Shown piece by piece: positions 37,390 to 46,961 of a stretch of 64,000 nucleotides of DNA. Made by a program: the position numbers and the translations under genes. Below the pieces are notes generated by a model. The model had not been told where the DNA came from. It did no database searches and worked only from the letters and a program-made list of their open reading frames with translations. Each line of letters opens with the position of its first letter. Positions within the stretch are counted from its first letter, which is position 1. The DNA comes from Fidelibacterota bacterium (GTDB lineage: Bacteria > Fidelibacterota > Marinisomatia > Marinisomatales > Marinisomataceae), in NCBI GenBank assembly GCA_038280095.1, contig JAYPYG010000003.1, positions 5,049 through 69,048 on the forward strand, in the 5' to 3' direction.

Positions 37390-39237
37390 ATGAAGACATT
37401 AAAATTAGCTAAAACTTTCAAAATTTTATTTCAGTGGATTTTGGTTGCCGCAATAATCACATCATGCAATGAAAAGAAAGTTAAAAGTAGTAATAAAAAT
37501 GGTGCAGTTTCATCAACATCTAGCATTGCTTCTCAAGTTGGTGTAGATTTTTTAAAAAAAGGTGGAAATGCATTCGATGCTGTTGTAGCAACAGGATTTA
37601 CATTAGCAGTTACATCTCCTGCAAATGGTAATATAGGTGGTGGTGGTTTTCTGGTCGCACAAACAAGTGATGGCGAAGTAGTTAGTTTAGATTTCCGAGA
37701 AAAGGCCCCCGCAAAATCATATGAAACTATGTTTCTAGATGAAAATAATGAATATAGCAGAGAATTGGCTTTAATGTCTCATAAATCATCTGGGGTTCCA
37801 GGAACTGTAAATGGACTTATAAAAATTTTTGAGGATTATGGTTCTGGAAAATTTACTTTAGAAGAAATTTTGGCACCTGCTATATACTATGCTGAGCATG
37901 GTCACAAAATTAATAGAAATTCATCAAACGGATTTAATATGTATAAAGCAGATTTTTTGCAAGATAATGGTTCGCGAGCAATTTTTATTAAAAATTATGA
38001 CTTAGAAATTCAGCAACTTGAAAAAGACTACAAAGATGGTACAATACCTCAAGATGAATATTTGAAAAAGTTAAGATCTATCGATCAGTGGAAAGAAGGA
38101 GACATTTTAGTACAAAATGATCTCGCGGAAACCCTTAAGAGAATTGCAAATAATGGAATTGATGGTTTCTACAGTGGTAAGACTGCAGAATTAATCGTAT
38201 CAGAAATGAATGAGAATAACGGATTAATTTCAATTGAAGATTTAAAAAATTATGACTCTGTTTATAGAAAACCTCTAATGGGTACTTATAGGGATAAAAA
38301 GATAATTTCAATGGGTCCTCCTAGTTCTGGTGGAGCTCTTTTAATTCAAATGCTCAATATGCTTGAAAATTATGATATTGAAAGTATGAGCAGGAATTCT
38401 GTAGAATTTGTTCATTTAATGACAGAGGTTCAAAGGTTGGCTTATGCAGATAGAGCCATTCACCTGGGAGATCCTGACTTCTATCCAAGTCCCATTCCAA
38501 TGTTAATTTCAAAAAAATATGCAAATGAAAGATTAAAACTTGTGAATATGGATAAAGCAACTCCAAGTGCTAATATTGCTGCTGGTGTTATAGTAAATGA
38601 GACTATGGAAACAACGCATTATTCTGCAATGGATAAGTATGGTAATGCTGTAGGAATCACTACAACAATTAATTTATCTTTTGGTAATAAAAAAATAGTT
38701 GATGGTGCAGGATTTTTTCTGAATAATGAAATGGATGATTTTTCTTCAAAACCAGGACAATTAAATGCTTTTGGACTAATTGGTGATAAAGCAAATGCTA
38801 TAGAGCCATTTAAAAGACCGTTAAGTTCAATGACGCCCACACTTGTTTTAGATAAAGATAACAAACCTATAATGACAATTGGAGCTGCAGGAGGATCTAG
38901 GATTATCACTGCAGTACTTCAAGTGATTCTTAGCACAATTGATCATCAAATTGGCATTCAGGAAGCTATTAATTTAGGTAGAACTCATTCTCAATGGATA
39001 CCAGATGTTATAAGATATGAAGGTGGTATAAATTCTGAATATAATCTTCCAAGCTTAACAAAAAAAGAAATTGAATCACTTAAAAAGCTTGATCATCAAT
39101 TTGAAGAAGATGGTAATGTAGAGAATGGGAAATATTATCTAGCAAGAGTGCACGGTGTTCAATATAAAGATGGTAGTTTTTACGCTGGCGTTGATTGGCG
39201 TGGTAATGGTAATTCCAACGACGGTATTACTTATTAA
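37390..39237 (+). CDS. ggt: gamma-glutamyltranspeptidase (lipoprotein)
   Basis: Lipobox IITSC. GGNAFDA, GGGGF, autoprocessing site ...ETTHYSAMDKYGNAV (Thr nucleophile), and GGSRII. Confidence 0.9.
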   Translation: MKTLKLAKTFKILFQWILVAAIITSCNEKKVKSSNKNGAVSSTSSIASQVGVDFLKKGGNAFDAVVATGFTLAVTSPANGNIGGGGFLVAQTSDGEVVSLDFREKAPAKSYETMFLDENNEYSRELALMSHKSSGVPGTVNGLIKIFEDYGSGKFTLEEILAPAIYYAEHGHKINRNSSNGFNMYKADFLQDNGSRAIFIKNYDLEIQQLEKDYKDGTIPQDEYLKKLRSIDQWKEGDILVQNDLAETLKRIANNGIDGFYSGKTAELIVSEMNENNGLISIEDLKNYDSVYRKPLMGTYRDKKIISMGPPSSGGALLIQMLNMLENYDIESMSRNSVEFVHLMTEVQRLAYADRAIHLGDPDFYPSPIPMLISKKYANERLKLVNMDKATPSANIAAGVIVNETMETTHYSAMDKYGNAVGITTTINLSFGNKKIVDGAGFFLNNEMDDFSSKPGQLNAFGLIGDKANAIEPFKRPLSSMTPTLVLDKDNKPIMTIGAAGGSRIITAVLQVILSTIDHQIGIQEAINLGRTHSQWIPDVIRYEGGINSEYNLPSLTKKEIESLKKLDHQFEEDGNVENGKYYLARVHGVQYKDGSFYAGVDWRGNGNSNDGITY

Positions 39238-39246
39238 AATTAAGTT

Positions 39247-40344
39247 TTATTTATTTAAGGCATTAGCCTGATTTAAATATTGTTGAGCATCCTCTAATCT
39301 CCCCTCTTCAAAATATGTTCTATAAACGCCGTAATAATACTGAGGGTTTTCTGGACTCTGAGCGATAAGCTCTAAATAATAATTTCTAGCCTTTCTCCAT
39401 CTTTCTGCTTCTTCAAGAGCTTTAGCTAAACCATAAAGTGCTTCTAAATCATCAGGAGCTAAAAAATAAGCTTCTTCAAAGTTGTATTCAGCTTCTTCAA
39501 AATTTTTCATTTTTAAATATACTAAACCTCTATTATAAAAAAGATCGACCATTTTTTTATCATCCTGTGTTAATTCAATTGCCTGATTTAAATATTTTAA
39601 AGATAAATCAAAATTTTCTTGAGATAAATAAAGTGAACCTAAACTTTCTAGCACTGACACGTCTTTCTCGTTAACTTGCAAAGCTTTATTGAACAAATTT
39701 AGAGCTAAATCAAATTCCCCCAATCTAATATAACTTTGTCCACCACTTGTCAATACGGCTATTCTAGTTTGATCAGGTAAATTTGGTATCGCCAATCCAG
39801 AATTAAGATATTTTTCAGTGGTTTCTTTATCGCCCTTAACTGATGCATAAATTGACATTAAAGCATAGCCTCCTGGTTGTGAGGGGTTTAAATCTATTCC
39901 TATTTGGCATGTTTCCATTGCCTCATCAATCAACATAGATCTTTCATCTGAAGACAATGTTTGATTAATTAAGCCAAGATAATTAGATGCCTTAACATAT
40001 ATCTTATTATAAGATTTTAATAATGACTCCGAAACTGCTTCGGTCATCAGAATTTTTCTAGAATTTCTTGTAGGCCTTATTTTAAAATTTTTTGGAGCTG
40101 TTAATGCAATATCCATATTTTCTCGAACTAAATTCCACTTCTCTTGTTCTGGATAAACTTTATCTGCAAGATGAAATGCTGCTTCCCATTTATCTTTTGG
40201 ATGATTTAAAGCTTTAACTAAAAATGTTTCTGCTTCATCAAAATTTTTTTCATTTATTCTAATTTTTGCTGAAGCAAGATCTTGTGCAAATACAAAAAAG
40301 GACGTAAAAATTGTTATTGTTAGTAAATATTTTAAGATTTTCAT
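39247..40344 (-). CDS. TPR repeat protein, secreted
   Basis: Starts at ATG 40344, preceded by AGGAGAAATA, with signal peptide MKILKYLLTITIFTSFFVFA|QDLA. Multiple TPR units (e.g. YNRGLVYLKMKNFEEAEYNFEEAYFLAPDD). Confidence 0.75.
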   Translation of the reverse strand: MKILKYLLTITIFTSFFVFAQDLASAKIRINEKNFDEAETFLVKALNHPKDKWEAAFHLADKVYPEQEKWNLVRENMDIALTAPKNFKIRPTRNSRKILMTEAVSESLLKSYNKIYVKASNYLGLINQTLSSDERSMLIDEAMETCQIGIDLNPSQPGGYALMSIYASVKGDKETTEKYLNSGLAIPNLPDQTRIAVLTSGGQSYIRLGEFDLALNLFNKALQVNEKDVSVLESLGSLYLSQENFDLSLKYLNQAIELTQDDKKMVDLFYNRGLVYLKMKNFEEAEYNFEEAYFLAPDDLEALYGLAKALEEAERWRKARNYYLELIAQSPENPQYYYGVYRTYFEEGRLEDAQQYLNQANALNK

Positions 40345-40391
40345 TATTTCTCCTACTGTTAAGTTCAAGTTAGTATTATTAGACAGAGTTT

Positions 40392-41309
40392 TCAAGAAGT
40401 ATGGTTAATGTGCATCCAATTAAGGCGGTTATCAAATTCTGTTTGCGAAATATCATTCAAACCATTAACACCTATACCTTCAATACAAAAAGATGCTGTA
40501 ACTGCGCCATGCTTCATTGATTCAAAAATATCTAAACCCTGCATCATCCCCATTAAAATACCGCCAATATATGCATCTCCAGCACCGGTAGTATCTATAA
40601 CTTCTTTTACAGGTACAGCTTTCATCGAAAAATGATTTTTAGAATCAAAATAGTGTGAACCATGCTCCCCATCTTTGATTATTAGACTATTTGGTCCAAG
40701 TTCTAAAATTGCTTTGGACATACTTCTTAAATCTGATCCATCCATTCCAGATATTGCGCGAGCCTCATTAAAATTTATACAAAATAAATCAACTCGCTTA
40801 ACTAGATTTTTAAGTTCTTTGTTTGCAATATCTATGTAAAGTTTAAACGTATCTAATAGAACAAATGGCTTGTTTTGCATTTGATTTAAAAGCTGAGTTT
40901 GTAAATGTGGCGCAGTATTTCCCAATAGAAGAAAAGGGCAATTTTTAGAATGTTCAGACAAGTCAGGAATATAAGATTCAGATACTCCGGGATTGACATA
41001 CAAAGTCTCTCTTGATGAAAAATCATCTTTATACTCACCTCCCCAGCAAAAAGTATTCCCATCTAGCTGTGTTAATGATTTTGTTGTTATAGAATGATCA
41101 GAAAGTAAATTAAAATGTTTCTCTTGAAAGTCATCGCCAACAACTCCAACTAATTCACAAGTATTTTTTTTATTAGCAAGAAGAGCATACGCAGCTGATC
41201 CACCTAAAACGTTCGAAAATGCACCGTATTTATTGACAATTTTGTCAATACTAATTGATCCAAATACAACTGCTTTGTGTGATTGATTTGAAGTCATAAT
41301 TTTTTTCAT
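40392..41309 (-). CDS. PfkB-family carbohydrate kinase
   Basis: GGSAAYA N-terminal motif and C-terminal DTTGAGDAYIGG anion-hole motif. 305 aa. Confidence 0.8.
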   Translation of the reverse strand: MKKIMTSNQSHKAVVFGSISIDKIVNKYGAFSNVLGGSAAYALLANKKNTCELVGVVGDDFQEKHFNLLSDHSITTKSLTQLDGNTFCWGGEYKDDFSSRETLYVNPGVSESYIPDLSEHSKNCPFLLLGNTAPHLQTQLLNQMQNKPFVLLDTFKLYIDIANKELKNLVKRVDLFCINFNEARAISGMDGSDLRSMSKAILELGPNSLIIKDGEHGSHYFDSKNHFSMKAVPVKEVIDTTGAGDAYIGGILMGMMQGLDIFESMKHGAVTASFCIEGIGVNGLNDISQTEFDNRLNWMHINHTS

Positions 41310-41330
41310 TAAGATAGGTATGTAATTGTA

Positions 41331-42443
41331 ATGAAAAAAGAAAAAATAGTTCTAGGAATGAGCGGAGGAGTTGATAGTTCCGTAGCAGCGGTTTTACTTC
41401 AAAATAAAGGTTTCGAAGTACATGGTGTTTTTATGAAAAATTGGGATGATAAAAATGCGATATGTAGTGCAGAGGATGATTATGCAGACGCTGTAAGTGT
41501 ATGCAATCAACTAAATATTCCCTTAACAAAAATAAATTACACAAAAGAATATAAAGAACGTGTTTTTTCTCAATTTTTAGATGACCATCAAAATGGGTTT
41601 ACCCCTAATCCTGATGTTTTATGCAACAAAGAAATAAAATTTGATGTTTTTCAAAAATATGCACAGGAAATTGGTGCTATCAAAATTGCCTCAGGTCATT
41701 ATGCAAAAATTGTTAACGAAGATGATAAATTTTTTATCGGCAAAGCTAGTGACAGATCCAAAGATCAATCCTATTTTCTATACCAATTAAAAAGTTCTTT
41801 GTTAATGAATATTGAATTGCCACTTGGTGAATTATTAAAAAAAGATATTAGAAAAATTGCCGAAGAACACAACTTAATTAATGCATCTAAAAAAGATAGT
41901 ACAGGTATATGCTTTATTGGCGATAGAAAGTATAATGATTTTGTTGGACAATTTTTAAAAGATAAAAAGGGTAAAATTATTACTGTAGATGGTGAAAATA
42001 TTGGTGAACATAATGGGCATATGTATTTTACTGTCGGGCAAAGAAAAGGCTTAGGTATTGGAGCCAGAAGTTCTGCTTATGATGAGCCTTGGTATGTTGT
42101 TAATAAAGATATTAACAATAATATTGTATTTGTTGCTCAGGGAGCTGAAAATCGTGCTTTATTCTCCAATAAATTATTAGCTGATAAAATGCATTGGAAT
42201 CTAGATATTTCTAAATCACTTCCATTAAAATGCAAAGCTAAAGTGAGGTATCGAGACGTTGATCATTCATGTCAAATATTATCATCAAATGAAGATGAAT
42301 GTTATATTAAATTTGACCATGCAATTAAAGCAATAACTACTGGCCAATCAATTGTTTTATATAATGAAAATGATATTTGTATCGGCGGAGGTATAATTAG
42401 AAAAAGAAACATGCCTTATTTAGGTGAGGAAATAAATGAGTAA
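41331..42443 (+). CDS. mnmA: tRNA 2-thiouridine(34) synthase
   Basis: PP-loop VLGMSGGVDSSVAA, NPDVLCNKEIKF, DQSYFL, and CFIG motifs. Confidence 0.92.
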   Translation: MKKEKIVLGMSGGVDSSVAAVLLQNKGFEVHGVFMKNWDDKNAICSAEDDYADAVSVCNQLNIPLTKINYTKEYKERVFSQFLDDHQNGFTPNPDVLCNKEIKFDVFQKYAQEIGAIKIASGHYAKIVNEDDKFFIGKASDRSKDQSYFLYQLKSSLLMNIELPLGELLKKDIRKIAEEHNLINASKKDSTGICFIGDRKYNDFVGQFLKDKKGKIITVDGENIGEHNGHMYFTVGQRKGLGIGARSSAYDEPWYVVNKDINNNIVFVAQGAENRALFSNKLLADKMHWNLDISKSLPLKCKAKVRYRDVDHSCQILSSNEDECYIKFDHAIKAITTGQSIVLYNENDICIGGGIIRKRNMPYLGEEINE

Positions 42444-43161
42444 AGAACTAAGAATTATTATTTTGGCTGCAGGAAAAGGAACTCGAATGAATTCCGATTT
42501 ACCGAAAGTGTTACACAAATTAAATGGTAAGGCTCTCTTAGATTTTGTGCTTGATGAAAGTGAACTTCTGAATCCTAAAGAAACAATACTAGTAGTAGGA
42601 TTTAAAAAAGAGCAAGTTATCTCACATACTGAACATAGGGCTAATCTTAAATATGCAACTCAAATGGAACAACTAGGTACAGGGCATGCTGTTTTACAAA
42701 CAAGTGATTTATTAAAAAATAAAGAGGGGCATATTTTAATTTTATATGGAGATGTTCCAAACATCAAAGAATCAACGCTAAGACCTATAATTGATGACCA
42801 TCTCATAAGCAATCGCGACTTAACTTTAATTACTGCTGAAATTGATGATCCTTCAGGCTATGGTCGAATCATAAGAGATAAAAATGATAACCTATTAAAA
42901 ATAGTTGAAGAAAAAGATTGTACTAATGATGAGAGAAACATTAAAGAGTGGAATCCAGGTATATATATTTTCAAAATTCCAAAGGTATTTAAAATTTTAA
43001 ATGATATAAAGACAAATAATGCTTCTAAGGAATATTATCTAACGGACGCAATTGGATTAGCTCAACAATCCAATATGGAAATAAAGGCTATTAAAATTGC
43101 AAATTCTAAGGAAGTAATAGGTGTCAATACAGCTGATCAACTGGAAGAGCTTGAATCTTGA
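42436..43161 (+). CDS. GlmU-like sugar-1-phosphate nucleotidyltransferase, N-terminal domain only
   Basis: IILAAGKGTRMNSDLPKVLHKL, QLGTGHAV, and YGDVP match the GlmU pyrophosphorylase domain. The ORF stops at 241 aa, where the left-handed beta-helix acetyltransferase domain would begin. Confidence 0.75.
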   Translation: MSKELRIIILAAGKGTRMNSDLPKVLHKLNGKALLDFVLDESELLNPKETILVVGFKKEQVISHTEHRANLKYATQMEQLGTGHAVLQTSDLLKNKEGHILILYGDVPNIKESTLRPIIDDHLISNRDLTLITAEIDDPSGYGRIIRDKNDNLLKIVEEKDCTNDERNIKEWNPGIYIFKIPKVFKILNDIKTNNASKEYYLTDAIGLAQQSNMEIKAIKIANSKEVIGVNTADQLEELES

Positions 43162-43634
43162 ACCACTTTTTAAATATAGTTATCAGTTCTTTAATCTTGA
43201 TTATTTTAGCATTTGTCTGGTCGTTTAATACATATCTTAAACAAGAAACTCCAACAAAAAACTATGCTCGCATAAATACATCAGAATCAACGAATAAAAT
43301 TAAATTATTCGAAAATTATTCATCACAAACTTTGAAGGTAGCCGTATTAAATGGTTGTGGCGTGAGTGGTGTTGGTAATTCATATGGAAATATTTTAACA
43401 AATAGATATGGACTACAAGTGACTAGAATTGAAAATGCAGATAACTTTAATTATGAATTCACAACTATTGTTATTTTAAGCAAGGAAAATCCAAACATTG
43501 AAAATTTGCTTACAATTTTAGGAACAAACATAAATGCAGGCAACGTTGAATTTGATGCAACAGTAAATCCTAATGAAGATATTCAAATAATTATTGGTAA
43601 AGACTATCAAGAGTTTCTAAACTTGAATCAATGA
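43158..43634 (+). CDS. LytR_C-domain membrane-anchored protein
   Basis: TTG start overlapping the preceding stop. N-terminal TM helix. KVAVLNGCGVSGVGNSYGNIL...TTIVIL resembles the LytR C-terminal domain. Confidence 0.55.
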   Translation: MNHFLNIVISSLILIILAFVWSFNTYLKQETPTKNYARINTSESTNKIKLFENYSSQTLKVAVLNGCGVSGVGNSYGNILTNRYGLQVTRIENADNFNYEFTTIVILSKENPNIENLLTILGTNINAGNVEFDATVNPNEDIQIIIGKDYQEFLNLNQ

Positions 43635-43960
43635 GCTCAAAACCACTACTAAAAAAAATTGTTTCATTAGCAGACGATAAAAAAGCTGAAAATATTGTGG
43701 CGCTAGATGTTTCTAATATTACTTCACTCTCAGAATATTTTGTTGTGTGCTCTGCCTCAAATCTTATTCAAGTCAAAGCAATTGCAGATAATATAAAAGA
43801 AAATATTTCTGAAAATCCTTGGAAAACAGAAGGCTATGAAAATGGTACATGGATTATATTAGATTATGTTGATATAGTGGTGCATGTCTTTTTTGAAGAA
43901 ATGAGATCATACTATGATTTGGAAAGAATTTGGTTTGATGCAAAGGTAGTTAAAGTATGA
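43631..43960 (+). CDS. rsfS: ribosome silencing factor RsfS (iojap)
   Basis: 109 aa. DKKAENIVALDV..., YFVVCSA, and DIVVHVFFEEMRSYYDLERIW. Confidence 0.9.
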   Translation: MSSKPLLKKIVSLADDKKAENIVALDVSNITSLSEYFVVCSASNLIQVKAIADNIKENISENPWKTEGYENGTWIILDYVDIVVHVFFEEMRSYYDLERIWFDAKVVKV

Positions 43961-45579
43961 AGCTGAAAAAACTCATGCATGATTTTTTACAGGATTATTT
44001 AGATCAAAATAAAATTGAATTTTCAGAATGGAGTGTAAATTTTAACAATCAAGAAGGGTTTGGAGATTATTCTTCTAATATTGCGCTTAAGCTAGCAAAG
44101 ATATTAAAAAAAGCACCTATTGAAATCGCAAAAAATATTGCTATTCATCCAAACGCATCAGAAAATGTTTTCACTTTAAGTGCTTCTCAACCTGGCTTTG
44201 TGAACTTTCATATTTCCAATGATTATTATCTTAAAATTTTAAAGCTAATTATTAATGAATCAGAAAATTTTGGCAAAAAGAAAAAATTAAATAAATCAGC
44301 CAATGTAGAATTTGTAAGCTGCAACCCTACCGGACCTCTTACAGTGGGTCACGGAAGACAAGCAATCCTTGGTGATATGGTTTCTAATATATTAACATGG
44401 AATGGGTATGATGTTACAAGAGAATATTACTATAATGATGCTGGAAAGCAAATGAGGGTGCTTGCAGAATCTTGCTATGCTAAATATGCCAAACAGGTTG
44501 GTAAAAATGTCGAAATGCCTGAGAATGGATATGTTGGAACATATTTAGATGAAATTGCTGAGAAAATTATCAATGAACATGGAAAAGATTTAGAATCTGA
44601 TAATCCAATTTTTAGAGACTTTACAGAAAAAGAGATTTTTGCCAACATTGAAAATACACTTGAGAACCTTGGCATCAAATTTGATGTTTTTACCAAAGAA
44701 GGAACTTTTTATAAAAACGGTGCGATTAACAGTGTTCTGAAAATCTTAAAAGAAAAAAATCTTTCTTATGAAAAAGATGGTGCAGTATGGTTTAAAACAT
44801 CTAGCCTAAATAAAGAAGAAGATAAAGTATTGGTAAAGAGTTCAGGAGAACCAACATATAGATTGCCTGATATTGCATATCATGCAGATAAAGTTGATAG
44901 GGGTTTCGATTTAATTGTAGATATTTTTGGTGCTGATCATATTGATACATATCCAGATGTAATTTTAGGGCTTAAATGCTTGGATAAAAAAACTGAACAC
45001 ATAAAAGTTGTTATTCACCAATTTGTAACAATTAAAAAAGGTGGAGAAATTGTAAAAATGTCTACTAGAAAAGCAAACTTTATAACTCTTGATGAACTGA
45101 AAGATGAGCTTAGCTCAGATATTATAAGATATTTCTTTATCATGAGAGGTGCAAACAGTCACCTCGATTTTGACTTAGATTTGGCAAAAGATGAATCTGA
45201 AAAAAATCCTGTCTATTATTTACAATATGCTAACGCAAGAATTTCAAATCTACTAAAAAGATATGATAAAGAAATTTCTATAGACAGTAAAATTGATTAC
45301 TCGCTATTAAAAGAAAAGGATGAAATTGCCCTAGTAAAGCTATTATCAGAATTCCCTATCAAAATGGAAGATGTTTTACATTCACTAGAGCCAAGAAAGA
45401 TTGCAACATATTTAGAAGAAGTCGCTGCAGCATATCACAAATTTTATGGTAACCATAAAGTGATTAATCCACAAAACACTGATTTATCTTCAGCTAGAAA
45501 AAAATTATGTGAAGCAACAAAAATCATTTTAACAAATGGATTGTCAATTCTTGGGATAAGTGCCCCTGAAAGAATGTGA
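43957..45579 (+). CDS. argS: arginyl-tRNA synthetase
   Basis: SCNPTGPLTVGHGR (HIGH-type), KMSTRK, and C-terminal DALR-type anticodon-binding region. 540 aa. Confidence 0.92.
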   Translation: MKLKKLMHDFLQDYLDQNKIEFSEWSVNFNNQEGFGDYSSNIALKLAKILKKAPIEIAKNIAIHPNASENVFTLSASQPGFVNFHISNDYYLKILKLIINESENFGKKKKLNKSANVEFVSCNPTGPLTVGHGRQAILGDMVSNILTWNGYDVTREYYYNDAGKQMRVLAESCYAKYAKQVGKNVEMPENGYVGTYLDEIAEKIINEHGKDLESDNPIFRDFTEKEIFANIENTLENLGIKFDVFTKEGTFYKNGAINSVLKILKEKNLSYEKDGAVWFKTSSLNKEEDKVLVKSSGEPTYRLPDIAYHADKVDRGFDLIVDIFGADHIDTYPDVILGLKCLDKKTEHIKVVIHQFVTIKKGGEIVKMSTRKANFITLDELKDELSSDIIRYFFIMRGANSHLDFDLDLAKDESEKNPVYYLQYANARISNLLKRYDKEISIDSKIDYSLLKEKDEIALVKLLSEFPIKMEDVLHSLEPRKIATYLEEVAAAYHKFYGNHKVINPQNTDLSSARKKLCEATKIILTNGLSILGISAPERM

Positions 45580-46271
45580 ATATGAACGTATTGAGAATCG
45601 GCCACCGAGGCTCAAAAGGCTATATTGCAGAAAATACTCTTGAATCGATTAATCATGCTATTTTATTAGGAGTAGACGGCATTGAGATTGATATTTTTAA
45701 ATGCTTGAGCGGAGAATTAGTTCTATCACATGAAAATGATCTAAAGCGATTAACTGGTAAATCTGCTCAATTGGAAAAGTTAACTCTAAATGAACTAAAC
45801 AAATTTTTGGTAGTTGGAAAGTATAAAATTCCTACATTAAAAGATGTTTTAACAATGATTGAGACGCCACTTTTTGTAAACATAGAGCTAAAAGGATTAA
45901 ATACAGCACAAGCCACATCTAAAATTATTTCAGATATATCTACAAGAACTTTATGGAGCTTAGAACACTTTATTGTTTCAAGTTTTAATTGGGATGAGCT
46001 TGAACTATTTAGAGCCATAGATAAAAATACGCCAGTGGGAGTACTAGTAAGTAAGTCGATGAGTGTAAATGAAGCTATTGAATTTGGTAAAAAAATTAAT
46101 GCGCAGGCTATACATCCTAATTTTAAACTACTTAATAACAAAGCCGTTAAAAAAATTAAAAATAATGGTTTTAAAATTTATACTTGGACTGTGAATAATG
46201 AAGATGATATTAATTTTATGAAAAAATTAAAAGTGGATGGAATTATATCAGATTATCCTGACAGAATTTAA
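45576..46271 (+). CDS. ugpQ: glycerophosphodiester phosphodiesterase
   Basis: IGHRGSKGYIAENTLES and GIEIDI GDPD motifs. Start is GTG 45576 or ATG 45582. The stop lies 2 nt from the tmRNA 3' end on the opposite strand. Confidence 0.85.
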   Translation: MNMNVLRIGHRGSKGYIAENTLESINHAILLGVDGIEIDIFKCLSGELVLSHENDLKRLTGKSAQLEKLTLNELNKFLVVGKYKIPTLKDVLTMIETPLFVNIELKGLNTAQATSKIISDISTRTLWSLEHFIVSSFNWDELELFRAIDKNTPVGVLVSKSMSVNEAIEFGKKINAQAIHPNFKLLNNKAVKKIKNNGFKIYTWTVNNEDDINFMKKLKVDGIISDYPDRI

Positions 46272-46273
46272 AG

Positions 46274-46618
46274 TGGAGGCGGGGAGATTCGAACTCCCGT
46301 CCAAAGTAGAGAAAAAGTAGACATCTACATGTTTAGTTTCTTGATCATATTTCACTGTATAGCTGTACAAGAACAAACAGGTATATAGCAATCTTCTAAA
46401 GGTTCACTTATTTAACCGAAGCAGGTAAATAGGCTATCTCATTTTTATGACACCATTCAGCGAACGATGAGAAACGTCTACTGATGATGGGCTTTAGCAA
46501 TTAAGCGAAAGCCATTTGGCCATTATCGGCACTTAATATAGGTTAGAAGTTTTAAGAGGTACTAAGCTCTACATGCAATCTAAGATTCCATTCTAAAATG
46601 TCGAAACCTGTCGCCCCC
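46274..46618 (-). ncRNA. ssrA: tmRNA (SsrA), one-piece
   Basis: The reverse complement starts GGGGGCGACAGGTTTCGAC and ends GGACGGGAGTTCGAATCTCCCCGCCTCCA (tRNA-Ala-like acceptor and T-arm, CCA not encoded). The candidate tag frame GCC GAT AAT GGC CAA ATG GCT TTC GCT TAA (46530-46501) encodes ADNGQMAFA*. A TACTATTTG motif lies 6 nt upstream of the 5' end. Confidence 0.9.
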
Positions 46619-46661
46619 AATTGTCAAATAGTATCGAAGATACAATATATTTTTGAAACAA

Positions 46662-46695
46662 AAAAGGCTCTGTAGCGCCAACCCCAGAGCCTTTT
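46662..46695. terminator. terminator-like GC hairpin with flanking A and T runs (orphan)
   Basis: AAAAGGCTCTG - 12-nt loop - CAGAGCCTTTT. It sits between the divergent tmRNA and tRNA-Lys genes, so it has no obvious transcript to terminate. Confidence 0.4.
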
Positions 46696-46863
46696 CGATT
46701 GCTTGTATTTGCTTACAATAATCTAATTTTAGACTCCTTCAAACTAATATTAATTTTTATAATTGGTCAATATTTTTTATTTCAAATTTGAAAAAAATTT
46801 TAAAAAATGACTTTTTAAGAGTATTAATTTAAATTTTCATAGCTTATATTTTAGCCTAGTTTT

Positions 46864-46935
46864 GCCTCCGTAGCTCAATGGTAGAGCAGGGGCCTTTTAA
46901 GCCCTTGGTTGTAGGTTCGAGTCCTTCCGGGGGTA
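46864..46935 (+). tRNA. tRNA-Lys (UUU)
   Basis: Acceptor GCCTCCG/CGGGGGT (two G-U pairs), D-arm GCTCAATGGTAGAGC, anticodon loop CTTTTAA, T-loop TTCGAGT (one T-T mismatch in the T-stem), discriminator A. Confidence 0.85.
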
Positions 46936-46961
46936 CTATTTTTGAGAAATATCTCTTAATT

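Noticed and set aside
40345-40395. TTG-initiated 17-codon extension of the TPR gene (MKTLSNNTNLNLTVGEI)
   Set aside because: The internal ATG 40344 is preceded by AGGAGAAATA and begins a canonical signal peptide, so the extension is unnecessary.
46878-46961. N-terminal extension of gcvP (tracked start 46878, MVEQGPFKPLVVGSSPSGG...)
   Set aside because: The extension is a translation of tRNA-Lys (46864-46935). The conserved P-protein N-terminus begins at ATG 46962.
46272-46961. Possible genomic island or integrated element at the tmRNA / tRNA-Lys loci
   Set aside because: There is no integrase, no direct repeat of the tRNA or tmRNA 3' end, and no foreign-looking ORFs. ugpQ ends 2 nt from the tmRNA and gcvP starts 26 nt from the tRNA.
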